Source: an uncultured Oscillospiraceae bacterium (GTDB taxonomy: Bacteria > Bacillota > Clostridia > Oscillospirales > Oscillospiraceae). From it: 64,000 nucleotides of DNA. The notes under the pieces are model-generated. The model saw only the letters and a program-made list of their open reading frames with translations. It ran no database searches and was not told where the DNA came from. Numbering within the stretch: position 1 is the stretch's first letter; the number at the start of each line of letters is the position of its first letter. The stretch lies in the NCBI GenBank assembly GCA_934561175.1, contig CAKTFW010000004.1, positions 2,821 to 66,820 on the forward strand, given 5' to 3'. This document shows positions 45,864-55,122 of the stretch, piece by piece. The translations under genes were made by a program, and so were the position numbers.

Positions 45864-46097
45864 TTATTTTTGATTGATTTGATCAATGAGCGATTTCGCT
45901 TCTTCTGTTTGCATCAGCGGCTGCATCAGTGCGTAGGCGTCGGCTTGTTTGCCATTTTTCAGTGCATCGGCAGCTTGACGGAGTGCGGTACCGCCGTCAC
46001 GATTCAGGTAGGCAAGCAATTTCTTACCGGCGTCTGAATCTAACACTCTGTGGATTTCGTCTTCCCGAAATGGCGGCTGATGTGGTGCATTGTTCAT
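45864..46097 (-). CDS. Hypothetical 77-aa helical protein
   Basis: First gene of a tightly packed three-gene minus-strand unit. GGGAGGG RBS. Confidence 0.55.
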   Translation of the reverse strand: MNNAPHQPPFREDEIHRVLDSDAGKKLLAYLNRDGGTALRQAADALKNGKQADAYALMQPLMQTEEAKSLIDQINQK

Positions 46098-46151
46098 TTC
46101 AAATCCCTCCCGTCCATTGTATGCAGCGGGAAAAGCGCAGGTGCCTGTGAT

Positions 46152-46625
46152 ATGAAAATTTTAGTGTTATCAGACTCGCATGGGTGTATGGATTATATGT
46201 ACTGTGCAGTAGAATCAGAACAGCCGGATCAGATCCTTCATTTAGGGGATCATGCGCAGGATGCGCGAATGCTGCAAGCAGCTTTTCCGCAAATTCCTGT
46301 GCTGGGTGTTCGCGGAAATTGTGATTGGCAGGATGCGGAAACCGAGATTCGGGTAACGGTATTCGGCGGCATTCGAATCTACATGACCCATGGACATCTT
46401 TTTGGCGTGAAACAAACCCCTTATCGTGCGATTCTGGCCGCAGAGGAGGCCGACGCAGCAGTTCTGCTGTATGGGCATACACATCAGGCAGCCTGCTTTT
46501 GTGAGGGCGCACTCACGGTTTTGAATCCCGGCTCTTGCATGGGAACTAATCCGATTACTTATGGCGTACTGACCGTGGAGGCAGGAATGGTACAGGGGCA
46601 GATTCAGCGACTTGAAAAATTGTAA
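46152..46625 (+). CDS. yfcE: YfcE/MJ0936-family metallophosphoesterase
   Basis: MKILVLSDSHG, GDH, RGNCD, and GHTH. Confidence 0.85.
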   Translation: MKILVLSDSHGCMDYMYCAVESEQPDQILHLGDHAQDARMLQAAFPQIPVLGVRGNCDWQDAETEIRVTVFGGIRIYMTHGHLFGVKQTPYRAILAAEEADAAVLLYGHTHQAACFCEGALTVLNPGSCMGTNPITYGVLTVEAGMVQGQIQRLEKL

Positions 46626-46660
46626 TCAGGGTTTTGTGATTTTATAATGGAGGTGGAACG

Positions 46661-47896
46661 ATGATGACAAACGAAACTTACATGCCGGATCAAACTTTTC
46701 TGAAAGATGAAGAAATTCAAAAATTGGCAGCGGAATTGGGGACGCCGTTTTACTTGTATGATGCGGCGCGGATTCGTCAACACGCAGCAGAAGTAAAGGA
46801 AGCATTTGCATGGAATTCGGGTCATCAGCAGTTCTTCCCGGTTGGCGCAAACCCCAATCCAATGGTGTTGAAGATGCTGTGCGAGACGGGCTGCGGTGCG
46901 GCAGTCAGTTCCGCGGCGGAGTTATCCCTTGCCATCAAATGCGGCTTTAAGCCACAGCAGATTTTGTATCATGTGCTGTTTCCGCGTCCGGTTGACATTG
47001 CGGCGATTGCACAATATCGCCCGACACTGGTACTTAATGGTGCAGATTTGGTTCCGATTTTTGCAGAAAAGAAGCTGCTCTCGGAGTCGGTTTATTTACG
47101 CTGGAATCTTGGAAAACCGGATGTGCTGGCAACCTCGGCATATAGTCGGGCGACCAGAGAGAAGTGCGGTATGTTGGAATCAGATTTGATTGAAGCGGCA
47201 AAAATGCTGATGCACTATGGCGTGAAGAAAATCGGACTGTGCACAGCCTACGGAAAAAATCAACCGGTTCGTACTTACTATCCATTTATTGCACGGCAGC
47301 TTTTTCAGGAGACGGCGGCACTGCAGCAGGCAGGGATTTCCGTTCAGATGTTGAACATGATGGGTGGTCTAGAGACAGATTATCGTCATTTGGAATCACC
47401 GCCAACATTGGTGGAGGCAGCGTCTGAAATTCAGCAGCTACGCGATGAAATTCTGGCACCGATCGGTATGGACAAATTACCGATCCATACAGAGATTGGC
47501 CGGTATTTGATGGGACCGTGCGCAATTATGGTCAGCACAGTGCTCCATGTCCGGCGGATCAATCGGGATTTTGTAGCAGTAGATGCGAGTGCGGCGGATC
47601 TGTTCCGTCCGATGCAGTATAGCGGTTACCATCATGTTTCGATTGTGGGCAAAAATGATATCACCGGTCGGCGGTATTGCGATGTGGTAGGGCCGATGTA
47701 TACGAATGGCGACCGGTTTGCAGAGCGCCGGATTTTGCCGGAAGTAGTGCCGGGTGATCTCTGTATTTTTCACGATACTGGCGCGCACTGTGCAGGCTCG
47801 ATTTATTCCACTGGCGGCTATTGGCGCTGCGGTGAATATTTACGCCAGGAAGATGGCTCTGTGATTCAGATTGGAAAACCGCTGGGGCCGGATTAA
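46661..47896 (+). CDS. Orn/DAP/Arg decarboxylase-fold (alanine-racemase-like TIM barrel) protein with degenerate active site
   Basis: GTPFYLYD, VDASAADLFRPMQYSGYHH and similar segments align to LysA-type enzymes. The PLP-lysine position reads FPVGANPN. GGAGGTG RBS. Confidence 0.8.
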   Translation: MMTNETYMPDQTFLKDEEIQKLAAELGTPFYLYDAARIRQHAAEVKEAFAWNSGHQQFFPVGANPNPMVLKMLCETGCGAAVSSAAELSLAIKCGFKPQQILYHVLFPRPVDIAAIAQYRPTLVLNGADLVPIFAEKKLLSESVYLRWNLGKPDVLATSAYSRATREKCGMLESDLIEAAKMLMHYGVKKIGLCTAYGKNQPVRTYYPFIARQLFQETAALQQAGISVQMLNMMGGLETDYRHLESPPTLVEAASEIQQLRDEILAPIGMDKLPIHTEIGRYLMGPCAIMVSTVLHVRRINRDFVAVDASAADLFRPMQYSGYHHVSIVGKNDITGRRYCDVVGPMYTNGDRFAERRILPEVVPGDLCIFHDTGAHCAGSIYSTGGYWRCGEYLRQEDGSVIQIGKPLGPD

Positions 47897-48099
47897 ATAA
47901 TCGTCAGGAAAATCAGAAAGGATGCGATGGTGCATAGACCAATTGCAACGCTCATCAGGGATTCAATTCCGGCTGCGGTGTATTCCAGGCGTGCAAGGTT
48001 GCGTACACGGCGGGCAGTACGGGTTGCAGAATGCGCTGCGGCAGCGTCAAAGCTTGGACGCTGCACGAAATCAACATGAATAATTTTGTCTTCTTTCAT
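47893..48099 (-). CDS. Small C-terminally membrane-anchored protein
   Basis: AAGGAGG RBS before ATG 48099. C-terminal TM helix (SVAIGLCTIASFLIFLTII). Its 3' end overlaps the convergent gene by 4 nt. Confidence 0.5.
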   Translation of the reverse strand: MKEDKIIHVDFVQRPSFDAAAAHSATRTARRVRNLARLEYTAAGIESLMSVAIGLCTIASFLIFLTII

Positions 48100-48185
48100 A
48101 GGGACAACCTCCTTTTCTGTTTCCAGCATACGAAAAGAACTGTCCGTTATTCCGGACAAATTGTCCCTAAATTCGAGCTTTGAAT

Positions 48186-48225
48186 AAAAAAACGGGATCG
48201 CGTGATTATGCGATCCCGTTTTTTA
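48186..48225. terminator. Bidirectional rho-independent terminator
   Basis: Stem acgggatcgc/gcgatcccgt, flanked by A7 and T6. Confidence 0.75.
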
Positions 48226-48906
48226 TTCGTGTTCTACCATTTGGTGCAGGGCAGAGAGATTTAATAAGGTAATACAACCATAACCGGTTTTCAGGTATCC
48301 GGCTGCCTGTAGTTTGTTCAGAAATCGGCAGACTGTAATGCGGCTGGCACCGACTGCGCTGGCCAAGTCATCTTGTGTGGTTTGTACCACTTGATCCTTG
48401 GCGGGGAGGGAAAGCAAGACCCGCAGAATCCGTTGATCGGCGCCGAGGAAAGTGATACGATCCACTTGATCGGACAACAGACGAACGGTTTGTGAGAGAT
48501 AGCGCAGCATTTCAACGGCCAGCTGCGGCTGTTGTTGGAAGAGTGCAAGTACCTGCTCCTGACTGATTGGAATAATTTCGCAGTTCTCCAGTGCGGCGGC
48601 GGAAGACATCCGCGGCTGTTCGTCAAAAAAGGATGCCTCCCCGAAAATGCTGCCGCGATTATAGACAGTCAAAATTCGTTCCTCGCCCCGGTCGGAGACG
48701 ATAAAGCTTTTAACTTGGCCCTGTGCCAGATAATAAAGATATTGGGGTGCTTGCCCTTGCAGATAAATAATGCGTCCTTTGGAGAAGCGTACAGGGGTTC
48801 CGATTTGCTGAAAAGCGGCCCATTTGGTGGTTGTGTCTGCATCGTGCGCCGAAAAAAATCCATAAGAACTGGACAAATTTATCACCTCATGGCATAATTG
48901 TATCAT
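48223..48906 (-). CDS. Crp/Fnr-family transcriptional regulator
   Basis: cNMP-binding beta-barrel (GRIIYLQG..., GEASFF) plus a C-terminal HTH ([23 protein letters not shown]). An alternative start is TTG 48876, which is preceded by GAGGTG. Confidence 0.85.
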   Translation of the reverse strand: MIQLCHEVINLSSSYGFFSAHDADTTTKWAAFQQIGTPVRFSKGRIIYLQGQAPQYLYYLAQGQVKSFIVSDRGEERILTVYNRGSIFGEASFFDEQPRMSSAAALENCEIIPISQEQVLALFQQQPQLAVEMLRYLSQTVRLLSDQVDRITFLGADQRILRVLLSLPAKDQVVQTTQDDLASAVGASRITVCRFLNKLQAAGYLKTGYGCITLLNLSALHQMVEHE

Positions 48907-48984
48907 GCTTTACATTCTTTTTGCAAGATCTATGCCATATTGATGGCAGGAAAACTTGAGTTTGAGGAGGAATTGGTTGTGGGA

Positions 48985-50238
48985 ATGACAATGACGCAAA
49001 AAATTCTGGCGGCGCATGCCAGCCTGCCAGAGGTCAAACCCGGAGATTTAATTGAGGCAAAGCTGGATATGGTGTTGGGAAATGATGTAACAACGCCACC
49101 GGCGATCACGGAATTTGAGAAAGCTGGTTTTACAAAGGTTTTCGATAAGGACAAAATCGCAATTGTGCTGGATCACTTTACCCCCTGTAAAGATATCAAG
49201 GCGGCGGAATTGAGTCTGCGGGCCAGAAATTTTGCCCATAAACACAATATTACAAATTTTTTTGATGTGGGCCAGATGGGCGTTGAGCATGCGCTGTTGC
49301 CGGAAAAAGGCATTATTGCAGCAGGTGAGTGTATGATTGGTGCGGACTCGCACACCTGTACTTATGGTGCGCTGGGCGCATTTTCCACCGGAATTGGTTC
49401 CACGGATATGGCGGCTGGTATGGCAGCTGGTGTGGCGTGGTTCAAAGTGCCCTCTGCCATTCAGTTTTATCTGACCGGAAAACTGAATAAGTGGGTTTCC
49501 GGCAAAGATGTGATTTTGTATATCATCGGCAAAATCGGCGTAGACGGCGCTCTGTACAAGTCTATGGAATTTGCAGGTCCCGGCGTAGCGGAACTGACGA
49601 TGGATGACCGCTTTACCATTGCCAATATGGCAATTGAAGCTGGCGGTAAGAATGGCATTTTCCCGGTTGATGAAAAGACCATTGCGTATATGAAGGGTCG
49701 CGTTAATCGTCCCTATACGATCTACGAGGCGGATCCTGACGCAGAATATGAGCAGGTGATTGAGATCAATCTCAGCGAAATCCAGCCGACGGTTGCACTG
49801 CCGCATCTTCCTTCCAATACCAAACCGGTCAGTGAGGTCAAAGGTCTGGAGATCCAGCAGTGTGTTATCGGTTCCTGTACGAATGGCCGGATCGGAGATA
49901 TGCGCGTTGCGGCTGAGGTGCTGAAAGGCCGTAAAGTCAACCCGAATGTCCGCACGATTATCATGCCTGCAACGCAGGAGATCACAAAAATGATGGTGGA
50001 AGAGGGATTGTTCCAGATCTTCCTGGAGGCAGGCGCCGTTGTTTCTACACCGACCTGTGGACCGTGCCTGGGTGGCCACATGGGAGTTATGGCGGCTGGT
50101 GAGCGTGCTGTTTCTACTACAAACCGAAATTTTGTCGGCCGTATGGGACATGTAGAATCTGAGGTTGTACTGGCTTCTCCGGCGGTTGCTGCGGCGTCTG
50201 CTGTGGCGGGTTATATTTGCAGCCCGGAAGATCTGTGA
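48985..50238 (+). CDS. leuC: 3-isopropylmalate/homoaconitate-type dehydratase large subunit (aconitase family)
   Basis: [10 protein letters not shown]..., [21 protein letters not shown], and PTCGPCLG Fe-S ligands. An alternative start is GTG 48979. Confidence 0.9.
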   Translation: MTMTQKILAAHASLPEVKPGDLIEAKLDMVLGNDVTTPPAITEFEKAGFTKVFDKDKIAIVLDHFTPCKDIKAAELSLRARNFAHKHNITNFFDVGQMGVEHALLPEKGIIAAGECMIGADSHTCTYGALGAFSTGIGSTDMAAGMAAGVAWFKVPSAIQFYLTGKLNKWVSGKDVILYIIGKIGVDGALYKSMEFAGPGVAELTMDDRFTIANMAIEAGGKNGIFPVDEKTIAYMKGRVNRPYTIYEADPDAEYEQVIEINLSEIQPTVALPHLPSNTKPVSEVKGLEIQQCVIGSCTNGRIGDMRVAAEVLKGRKVNPNVRTIIMPATQEITKMMVEEGLFQIFLEAGAVVSTPTCGPCLGGHMGVMAAGERAVSTTNRNFVGRMGHVESEVVLASPAVAAASAVAGYICSPEDL

Positions 50239-50256
50239 GAAAGAGGAGAGACTGTC

Positions 50257-50757
50257 ATGAAATTGACCGGAAATGTATTTAAGTATGGCTCCAATGTGGA
50301 TACAGATGTGATTATTCCCGCCCGGTATCTGAATGTCCCGGATCATGCGGCGCTGGCGTCCCACTGTATGGAGGATATTGACCCTGAATTTGTCAAAAAG
50401 GTTCAGCCGGGTGACATTATGGTTGCAGATTGGAACTTTGGCTGCGGCTCTTCCCGCGAGCACGCACCGATTGCAATCAAGGCAAGCGGAATCGCTGCGG
50501 TAATCGCTTCCAGCTTTGCACGGATTTTCTACCGTAATGCCATCAACATTGGCCTGCCGATTTTGGAATGTCCAGAGGCTGCGGAGAATATCAAAGCAGG
50601 CGATAAGGTCTCTGTGGATTTGGAAACCGGTGTGATTACCAATGAGACAACCGGAATGACTTTTCAGGCAGCGGCATTTCCTCCGTTTATCACCGGTATC
50701 ATTGAAGCAGGCGGTCTGCTGAATTCACTGAAGCAGAGAATGCAAATAGAAAATTGA
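50257..50757 (+). CDS. leuD: 3-isopropylmalate/homoaconitate-type dehydratase small subunit
   Basis: [23 protein letters not shown], and [10 protein letters not shown]. Confidence 0.9.
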   Translation: MKLTGNVFKYGSNVDTDVIIPARYLNVPDHAALASHCMEDIDPEFVKKVQPGDIMVADWNFGCGSSREHAPIAIKASGIAAVIASSFARIFYRNAINIGLPILECPEAAENIKAGDKVSVDLETGVITNETTGMTFQAAAFPPFITGIIEAGGLLNSLKQRMQIEN

Positions 50758-50881
50758 CGGAAAACAGATCAAATGCGCGCGGTTCTTGCAAGAAGGACCG
50801 CGCCATTTGCACATTTTGCATCATCAATACCGACAACTTGCATAAAATGTGGAGAAATACAAAAAAATTCCTGGGATTCCC

Positions 50882-50910
50882 TTGATTTATTGCAGGATGC
50901 ACCGTATAAT
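50882..50910 (+). promoter_or_regulatory. SigA-type promoter for the aminotransferase gene
   Basis: TTGATT, a 17 nt spacer, then TATAAT. Confidence 0.55.
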
Positions 50911-50965
50911 TGCTTCGAAAAGTACCATGTGATTTAGCAAATAAGAAGCGGAGGAGATTGCAATT

Positions 50966-52156
50966 ATGAAATCCTTATCGGAAGTTGCTTCCAGCGTAAA
51001 GGCGTCGTCGACGCTGGCGATTGACTCAGTCGCGAAACAGATGAAGGCGGATGGTCTGGATGTAATCGGTTTCGGTACCGGGGAACCGGATTTCCCAACG
51101 CCGGATAATATTGTCGCAGCGGCAGAACGGGCTATGGCCGAGCATAAAACGAAGTATACACCGGCTTCCGGTATTCCACAGCTGAAAGAAGCTGCTTGCT
51201 ATCGAATGAAAGAAGACTGCGGTTTGGACTATCAGCCGGAAAACTGCTTTATTGCAAGTGGTGCAAAGCACAATGTTTATCTGGCGCTGCAGGCGCTACT
51301 GAATCCGGGAGACGAGGTGCTGCTGCCAGCGCCCTTCTGGGTGAGCTATATTGAAATGGTACGGCTGGCCGGCGGCACGCCGGTGGTGGTCTATGCTGGA
51401 GAAGAAGAGCACTTTAAGGTCTCGGCGGCCAAGCTGGAGGCTGCAATTACACCGAAGACAAAATGTATGATTCTCAACAGCCCATCTAACCCGACTGGTA
51501 TGATGTATACGGAGGCAGAGCTGCGCGCCTTGGCGGAAGTTTGTGTGAAGCATGATCTTTATGTGATTGCAGATGAAATTTATTATTCGCTCATTTATGA
51601 TGACAACAAATTTGTCTCCTTTGCGTCGCTGGGAGATGAGGTGAAGGAACGGACGATCCTGATTAACGGTGTCTCGAAATCCTATGCAATGACTGGCTGG
51701 CGCGTGGGCTTTGCGCTGTCAAATCGGGAGATCACCGGCGTGATGAGCCGCTATGCCAGCCATTCAACCGGTGCGCCGTCTACCATTTCCCAGTGGGCGG
51801 CGGTAGAAGCCCTGCGCGGGCAGCAGGAAACCCGTGAGACAATGCGGAAGGCTTTTGAAGCGCGCCGGAATTATATTGTGGAGCGAATGAACAAGATTGA
51901 CGGCGTCAGCTGCCTGAAACCGCAAGGTGCTTTTTATGTGATGATGAATCTGAAAGAAATCCTGGGCGAAACGATTGGCGGCATCAAGATTACAGACAGC
52001 GATGTGTTTGCCAAGGCGTTCCTGGATCAGCAAATGGTGGCGGTTGTTCCCGGCTCTGGATTCTTTGCACCGAATTATGTGCGGTGGAGCTATGCAACCA
52101 GTATGGAAAATATCGAAAAGGGCCTGGATCGGCTGGAAAAGTTCCTGAAAGGGTAG
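50966..52156 (+). CDS. Class I/II PLP-dependent aminotransferase (aspartate aminotransferase-like)
   Basis: GEPDFPTP, NSPSNPTG, and the SKSYAMTGWRVG PLP-lysine motif. Confidence 0.9.
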   Translation: MKSLSEVASSVKASSTLAIDSVAKQMKADGLDVIGFGTGEPDFPTPDNIVAAAERAMAEHKTKYTPASGIPQLKEAACYRMKEDCGLDYQPENCFIASGAKHNVYLALQALLNPGDEVLLPAPFWVSYIEMVRLAGGTPVVVYAGEEEHFKVSAAKLEAAITPKTKCMILNSPSNPTGMMYTEAELRALAEVCVKHDLYVIADEIYYSLIYDDNKFVSFASLGDEVKERTILINGVSKSYAMTGWRVGFALSNREITGVMSRYASHSTGAPSTISQWAAVEALRGQQETRETMRKAFEARRNYIVERMNKIDGVSCLKPQGAFYVMMNLKEILGETIGGIKITDSDVFAKAFLDQQMVAVVPGSGFFAPNYVRWSYATSMENIEKGLDRLEKFLKG

Positions 52157-52179
52157 AAATCAGCCGAAATATCGAGTAT

Positions 52180-52220
52180 AATCAGCGTGATTCGAAAAAT
52201 TCGGTCACGCTGATTTTTTA
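52180..52220 (+). terminator. Rho-independent terminator
   Basis: A 10 bp stem, atcagcgtga/tcacgctgat, followed by T6. Confidence 0.8.
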
Positions 52221-52235
52221 TGGGAGGTTTTTGGA

Positions 52236-53672
52236 ATGCCGACGGATATTTATGAAAGTCCGCTTTCTTCCAGATACGCAAGTCCGGAGATGCTGTACCT
52301 GTTCTCTCCGGATAAGAAATTTACAACCTGGCATCGGTTGTGGATTGCGCTGGCGCGTGCGGAAATGCAGCTGGGCCTGCCGGTGACGCAGGAACAGATT
52401 GATGAAATGGAAGCGCATAAGGACGAGGTCAACTACGAACTCGCCGCGCAGAAGGAGAAGGAGCTGCGGCATGATGTTATGGCGCATATTCATGCGTATG
52501 GCGCGGCCTGCCCAAAGGCAATGCCGATTATTCATCTCGGTGCTACCAGCTGTTATGTGGGCGATAATACCGATGTGATTCTGATGCGCGAGGGGCTTGT
52601 TCTGGTGCGCAATAAGCTGGTCAACCTGATTGCGAAGCTGAGCGAGTTTGCGGACAAGTACAAGTCGATGCCGACACTGGGCTTTACGCATTTTCAGCCG
52701 GCACAGCTCACAACCGTTGGCAAGCGAGCAACGCTTTGGATCAACGAGCTGCTGATGGACCTGGAGGAAATTGAGTTTCGTATTGGCACACTGAAGTTGC
52801 TCGGTTCCAAGGGTACAACTGGTACACAGGCCAGCTTCCTGGAGCTGTTTGGCGGAGACCATGAAAAGGTGAAAAAGCTGGAACAACTCATTGCGACAGA
52901 GATGGGCTTTGATGCTGTGGTGCCGGTGTCTGGACAGACCTATTCCAGAAAGATGGATGCCGGTGTTCTGGCAACATTGTCTGGCGTGGCGCAATCGGCT
53001 GGCAAGTTTGCAACGGATTTCCGGCTGCTTTCCCATTTGAAAGAGTGCGAGGAACCCTTTGAAAGCAAACAAATTGGTTCCTCTGCAATGCCCTATAAGC
53101 GGAATCCGATGCGTTCAGAGCGCATCTGCTCTCTGGCACGCTATGTGATTGCAGATGCGATGAATCCGGCCTTTACAGCTTATAATCAGTGGTTTGAGCG
53201 TACGCTGGACGATTCTGCCGGTAAACGGATTTCCGTTCCGGAGGCATTCCTCGCTGTGGATGCAATCCTGAATATCTATTTGAATATCGCATCCGGAATT
53301 CAGGTCTATGACAAGGTGATTGCCAAGCATGTACAGGAAGAGCTTCCGTTTATGGCAACAGAGAACATCATGATGGATGCAGTAATGCGCGGCGGCAATC
53401 GCCAGGAGCTGCATGAGCGCATCCGGGTGCATTCCATTGCGGCCGGTAAAACTGTAAAGGCAGAGGGAAAGTCGAATGATTTGGTTGACCGTATTGCGGC
53501 GGACCCGGCGTTTGGATTGACACGGGAAGAAATCCTGCAGAATCTGGACGCCTCCCGTTATATTGGGCGCTGCCCACAGCAGGTCACGGAATTTTTGGCG
53601 GAGCAGGTGCAGCCGGTTTTGGATCGGTATTCTGCATGCCTGAGCGATAAACAGACGGAACTAAAGGTATAA
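52236..53672 (+). CDS. purB: Adenylosuccinate lyase
   Basis: YESPLSSRYAS..., fumarate-lyase signature GSSAMPYKRNP, and full-length similarity. Confidence 0.95.
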   Translation: MPTDIYESPLSSRYASPEMLYLFSPDKKFTTWHRLWIALARAEMQLGLPVTQEQIDEMEAHKDEVNYELAAQKEKELRHDVMAHIHAYGAACPKAMPIIHLGATSCYVGDNTDVILMREGLVLVRNKLVNLIAKLSEFADKYKSMPTLGFTHFQPAQLTTVGKRATLWINELLMDLEEIEFRIGTLKLLGSKGTTGTQASFLELFGGDHEKVKKLEQLIATEMGFDAVVPVSGQTYSRKMDAGVLATLSGVAQSAGKFATDFRLLSHLKECEEPFESKQIGSSAMPYKRNPMRSERICSLARYVIADAMNPAFTAYNQWFERTLDDSAGKRISVPEAFLAVDAILNIYLNIASGIQVYDKVIAKHVQEELPFMATENIMMDAVMRGGNRQELHERIRVHSIAAGKTVKAEGKSNDLVDRIAADPAFGLTREEILQNLDASRYIGRCPQQVTEFLAEQVQPVLDRYSACLSDKQTELKV

Positions 53673-53748
53673 AGAACGACTTCCCGCGGGTTTTGGATTG
53701 CCGAAATCAGCTTTCGAAATCCGCGGGATTTCTGTGCAGGAAAAAGAA

Positions 53749-53777
53749 TTGACTTTTTCGCCTGAAAACTCTATAAT
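53749..53777 (+). promoter_or_regulatory. SigA-type promoter for secDF
   Basis: TTGACT, a 17 nt spacer, then TATAAT. Confidence 0.6.
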
Positions 53778-53816
53778 TTTTTACGATATTTTCATGATTA
53801 GGAGGCTAACAGCCAA

Positions 53817-55106
53817 ATGAAAAAGAGTGTGATTTCGCTCGTAGTGGTTGTGCTGCTCATTGCACTGTTCATTACGACGGCACTGTTTGGCCTGGACCTT
53901 GGCTTTGTCCGGATTGACAGTGTTTCAGAAGGCGTACCGCTTGGATTGGATTTGGTCGGCGGTTCGGAAATTACCTATAAAGCGCAAATTCCGGATGGAA
54001 GCGATGCGGATACCGTAGCGACGGGCATGAAGAGTGCAAGTACTATGCTGCGGCAGCGCCTGGATGTGCTGGGCTACACCGAGGCGAATGTTTACCAATC
54101 CGGTGATGATCAGATCGTGGTGGAAATCCCAAATGTTAAAGATCCGGAAGAAGCAGTCCAGCAGCTTGGTTCCACGGCAATTGTGGAATTCCGGGATGCC
54201 GATGGCAAGGTGTGGTTGACTGGCGAGGACATTGCATCTGCGTCCTATCAGTATTCTCCGGTGGATAACAGCGGCCTGGCGACCCATCATGTTGTTCTGA
54301 AGTTTACTTCGGAAGGACAGCAGAAGTTTACGGAAGCAACAAAAGCAGTTGCGAACCGTACTGGCAGCGACAATTATCTGGATATTGTGATGGATAATGA
54401 GAGCATTTCTCAGCCCTATGTCAGCAAGACCGAGTATGCAGCGACTGGCATTAACTCGGACTCTGCGGTTATTACCCTGGGCAACAATGCCACTGCGGAA
54501 AATGCCAGCTATCTGGCTAATATCATTTCTGCAGGTCAGCTGCCGTTCTCGCTGGAATGCGTAAAGCTGGAGGCCGTCGGCGCGAGCTTGGGCGAGCGCA
54601 GCCTGGAGACCAGCTTGATGGCTGGCCTGATTGGTCTGATTCTGATTATGATCTTCATGGTCATTGTCTACCGTGTGATGGGTGCTGTCTCCTGCTTCTC
54701 GCTCGTGATGTATGCATCGCTGTTTTGTGTGATCCTGTCCATTGCACATATCAACCTGAGCCTGCCTGGCATTGCCGGCATTATTTTGACAATCGGTATG
54801 GCTGTGGACGCCAATGTCATTATTTATGAGCGAATCCGTGAGGAACTGCGTGCTGGTAAGACACTGCGTTCTTCCATTGATATGGGTTATAAGAATGCCG
54901 TTCGCGCAATTATTGATGCCAATATTACAACTATTATTGCAGCTGTGGTTCTGTGGTGGAAGGGAACCGGTACCATTATCAGCTTTGCGCAGACCCTGCT
55001 GATCGGCGTCATTCTCTCGATGATTGTGATGCTGGTTGTGACAAAGATTCTGCTGAAGGCTGCCGTTGGGTTCGGTATCCGCAGCCCCAAAGCGTACCAT
55101 GTTTAA
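53817..55106 (+). CDS. secD: Protein translocase subunit SecD
   Basis: LGLDLVGG, a periplasmic-type domain, and C-terminal RND-like TM helices (GIAGIILTIGMAVDANV). Confidence 0.93.
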   Translation: MKKSVISLVVVVLLIALFITTALFGLDLGFVRIDSVSEGVPLGLDLVGGSEITYKAQIPDGSDADTVATGMKSASTMLRQRLDVLGYTEANVYQSGDDQIVVEIPNVKDPEEAVQQLGSTAIVEFRDADGKVWLTGEDIASASYQYSPVDNSGLATHHVVLKFTSEGQQKFTEATKAVANRTGSDNYLDIVMDNESISQPYVSKTEYAATGINSDSAVITLGNNATAENASYLANIISAGQLPFSLECVKLEAVGASLGERSLETSLMAGLIGLILIMIFMVIVYRVMGAVSCFSLVMYASLFCVILSIAHINLSLPGIAGIILTIGMAVDANVIIYERIREELRAGKTLRSSIDMGYKNAVRAIIDANITTIIAAVVLWWKGTGTIISFAQTLLIGVILSMIVMLVVTKILLKAAVGFGIRSPKAYHV

Positions 55107-55122
55107 GAAGGGGGTTGCAAGT

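Noticed and set aside
50790-50870. Inverted repeat CACATTTT...AAAATGTG and repeated TTGCA motifs between leuD and the aminotransferase promoter.
   Set aside because: The repeat is AT-rich and short, with a long unstructured loop, so it is compatible with chance in an AT-rich spacer. No associated gene or known motif was found.
53673-53740. Long nested hairpin after purB (tcccgcgg...ccgcggga with inner ggatt/aatcc and cgaaa/tttcg pairings). It was considered as a possible riboswitch or sRNA.
   Set aside because: It is most simply the purB terminator, albeit with a poor U-tract, placed just upstream of the secD promoter. It matches no conserved riboswitch core that I recognise.
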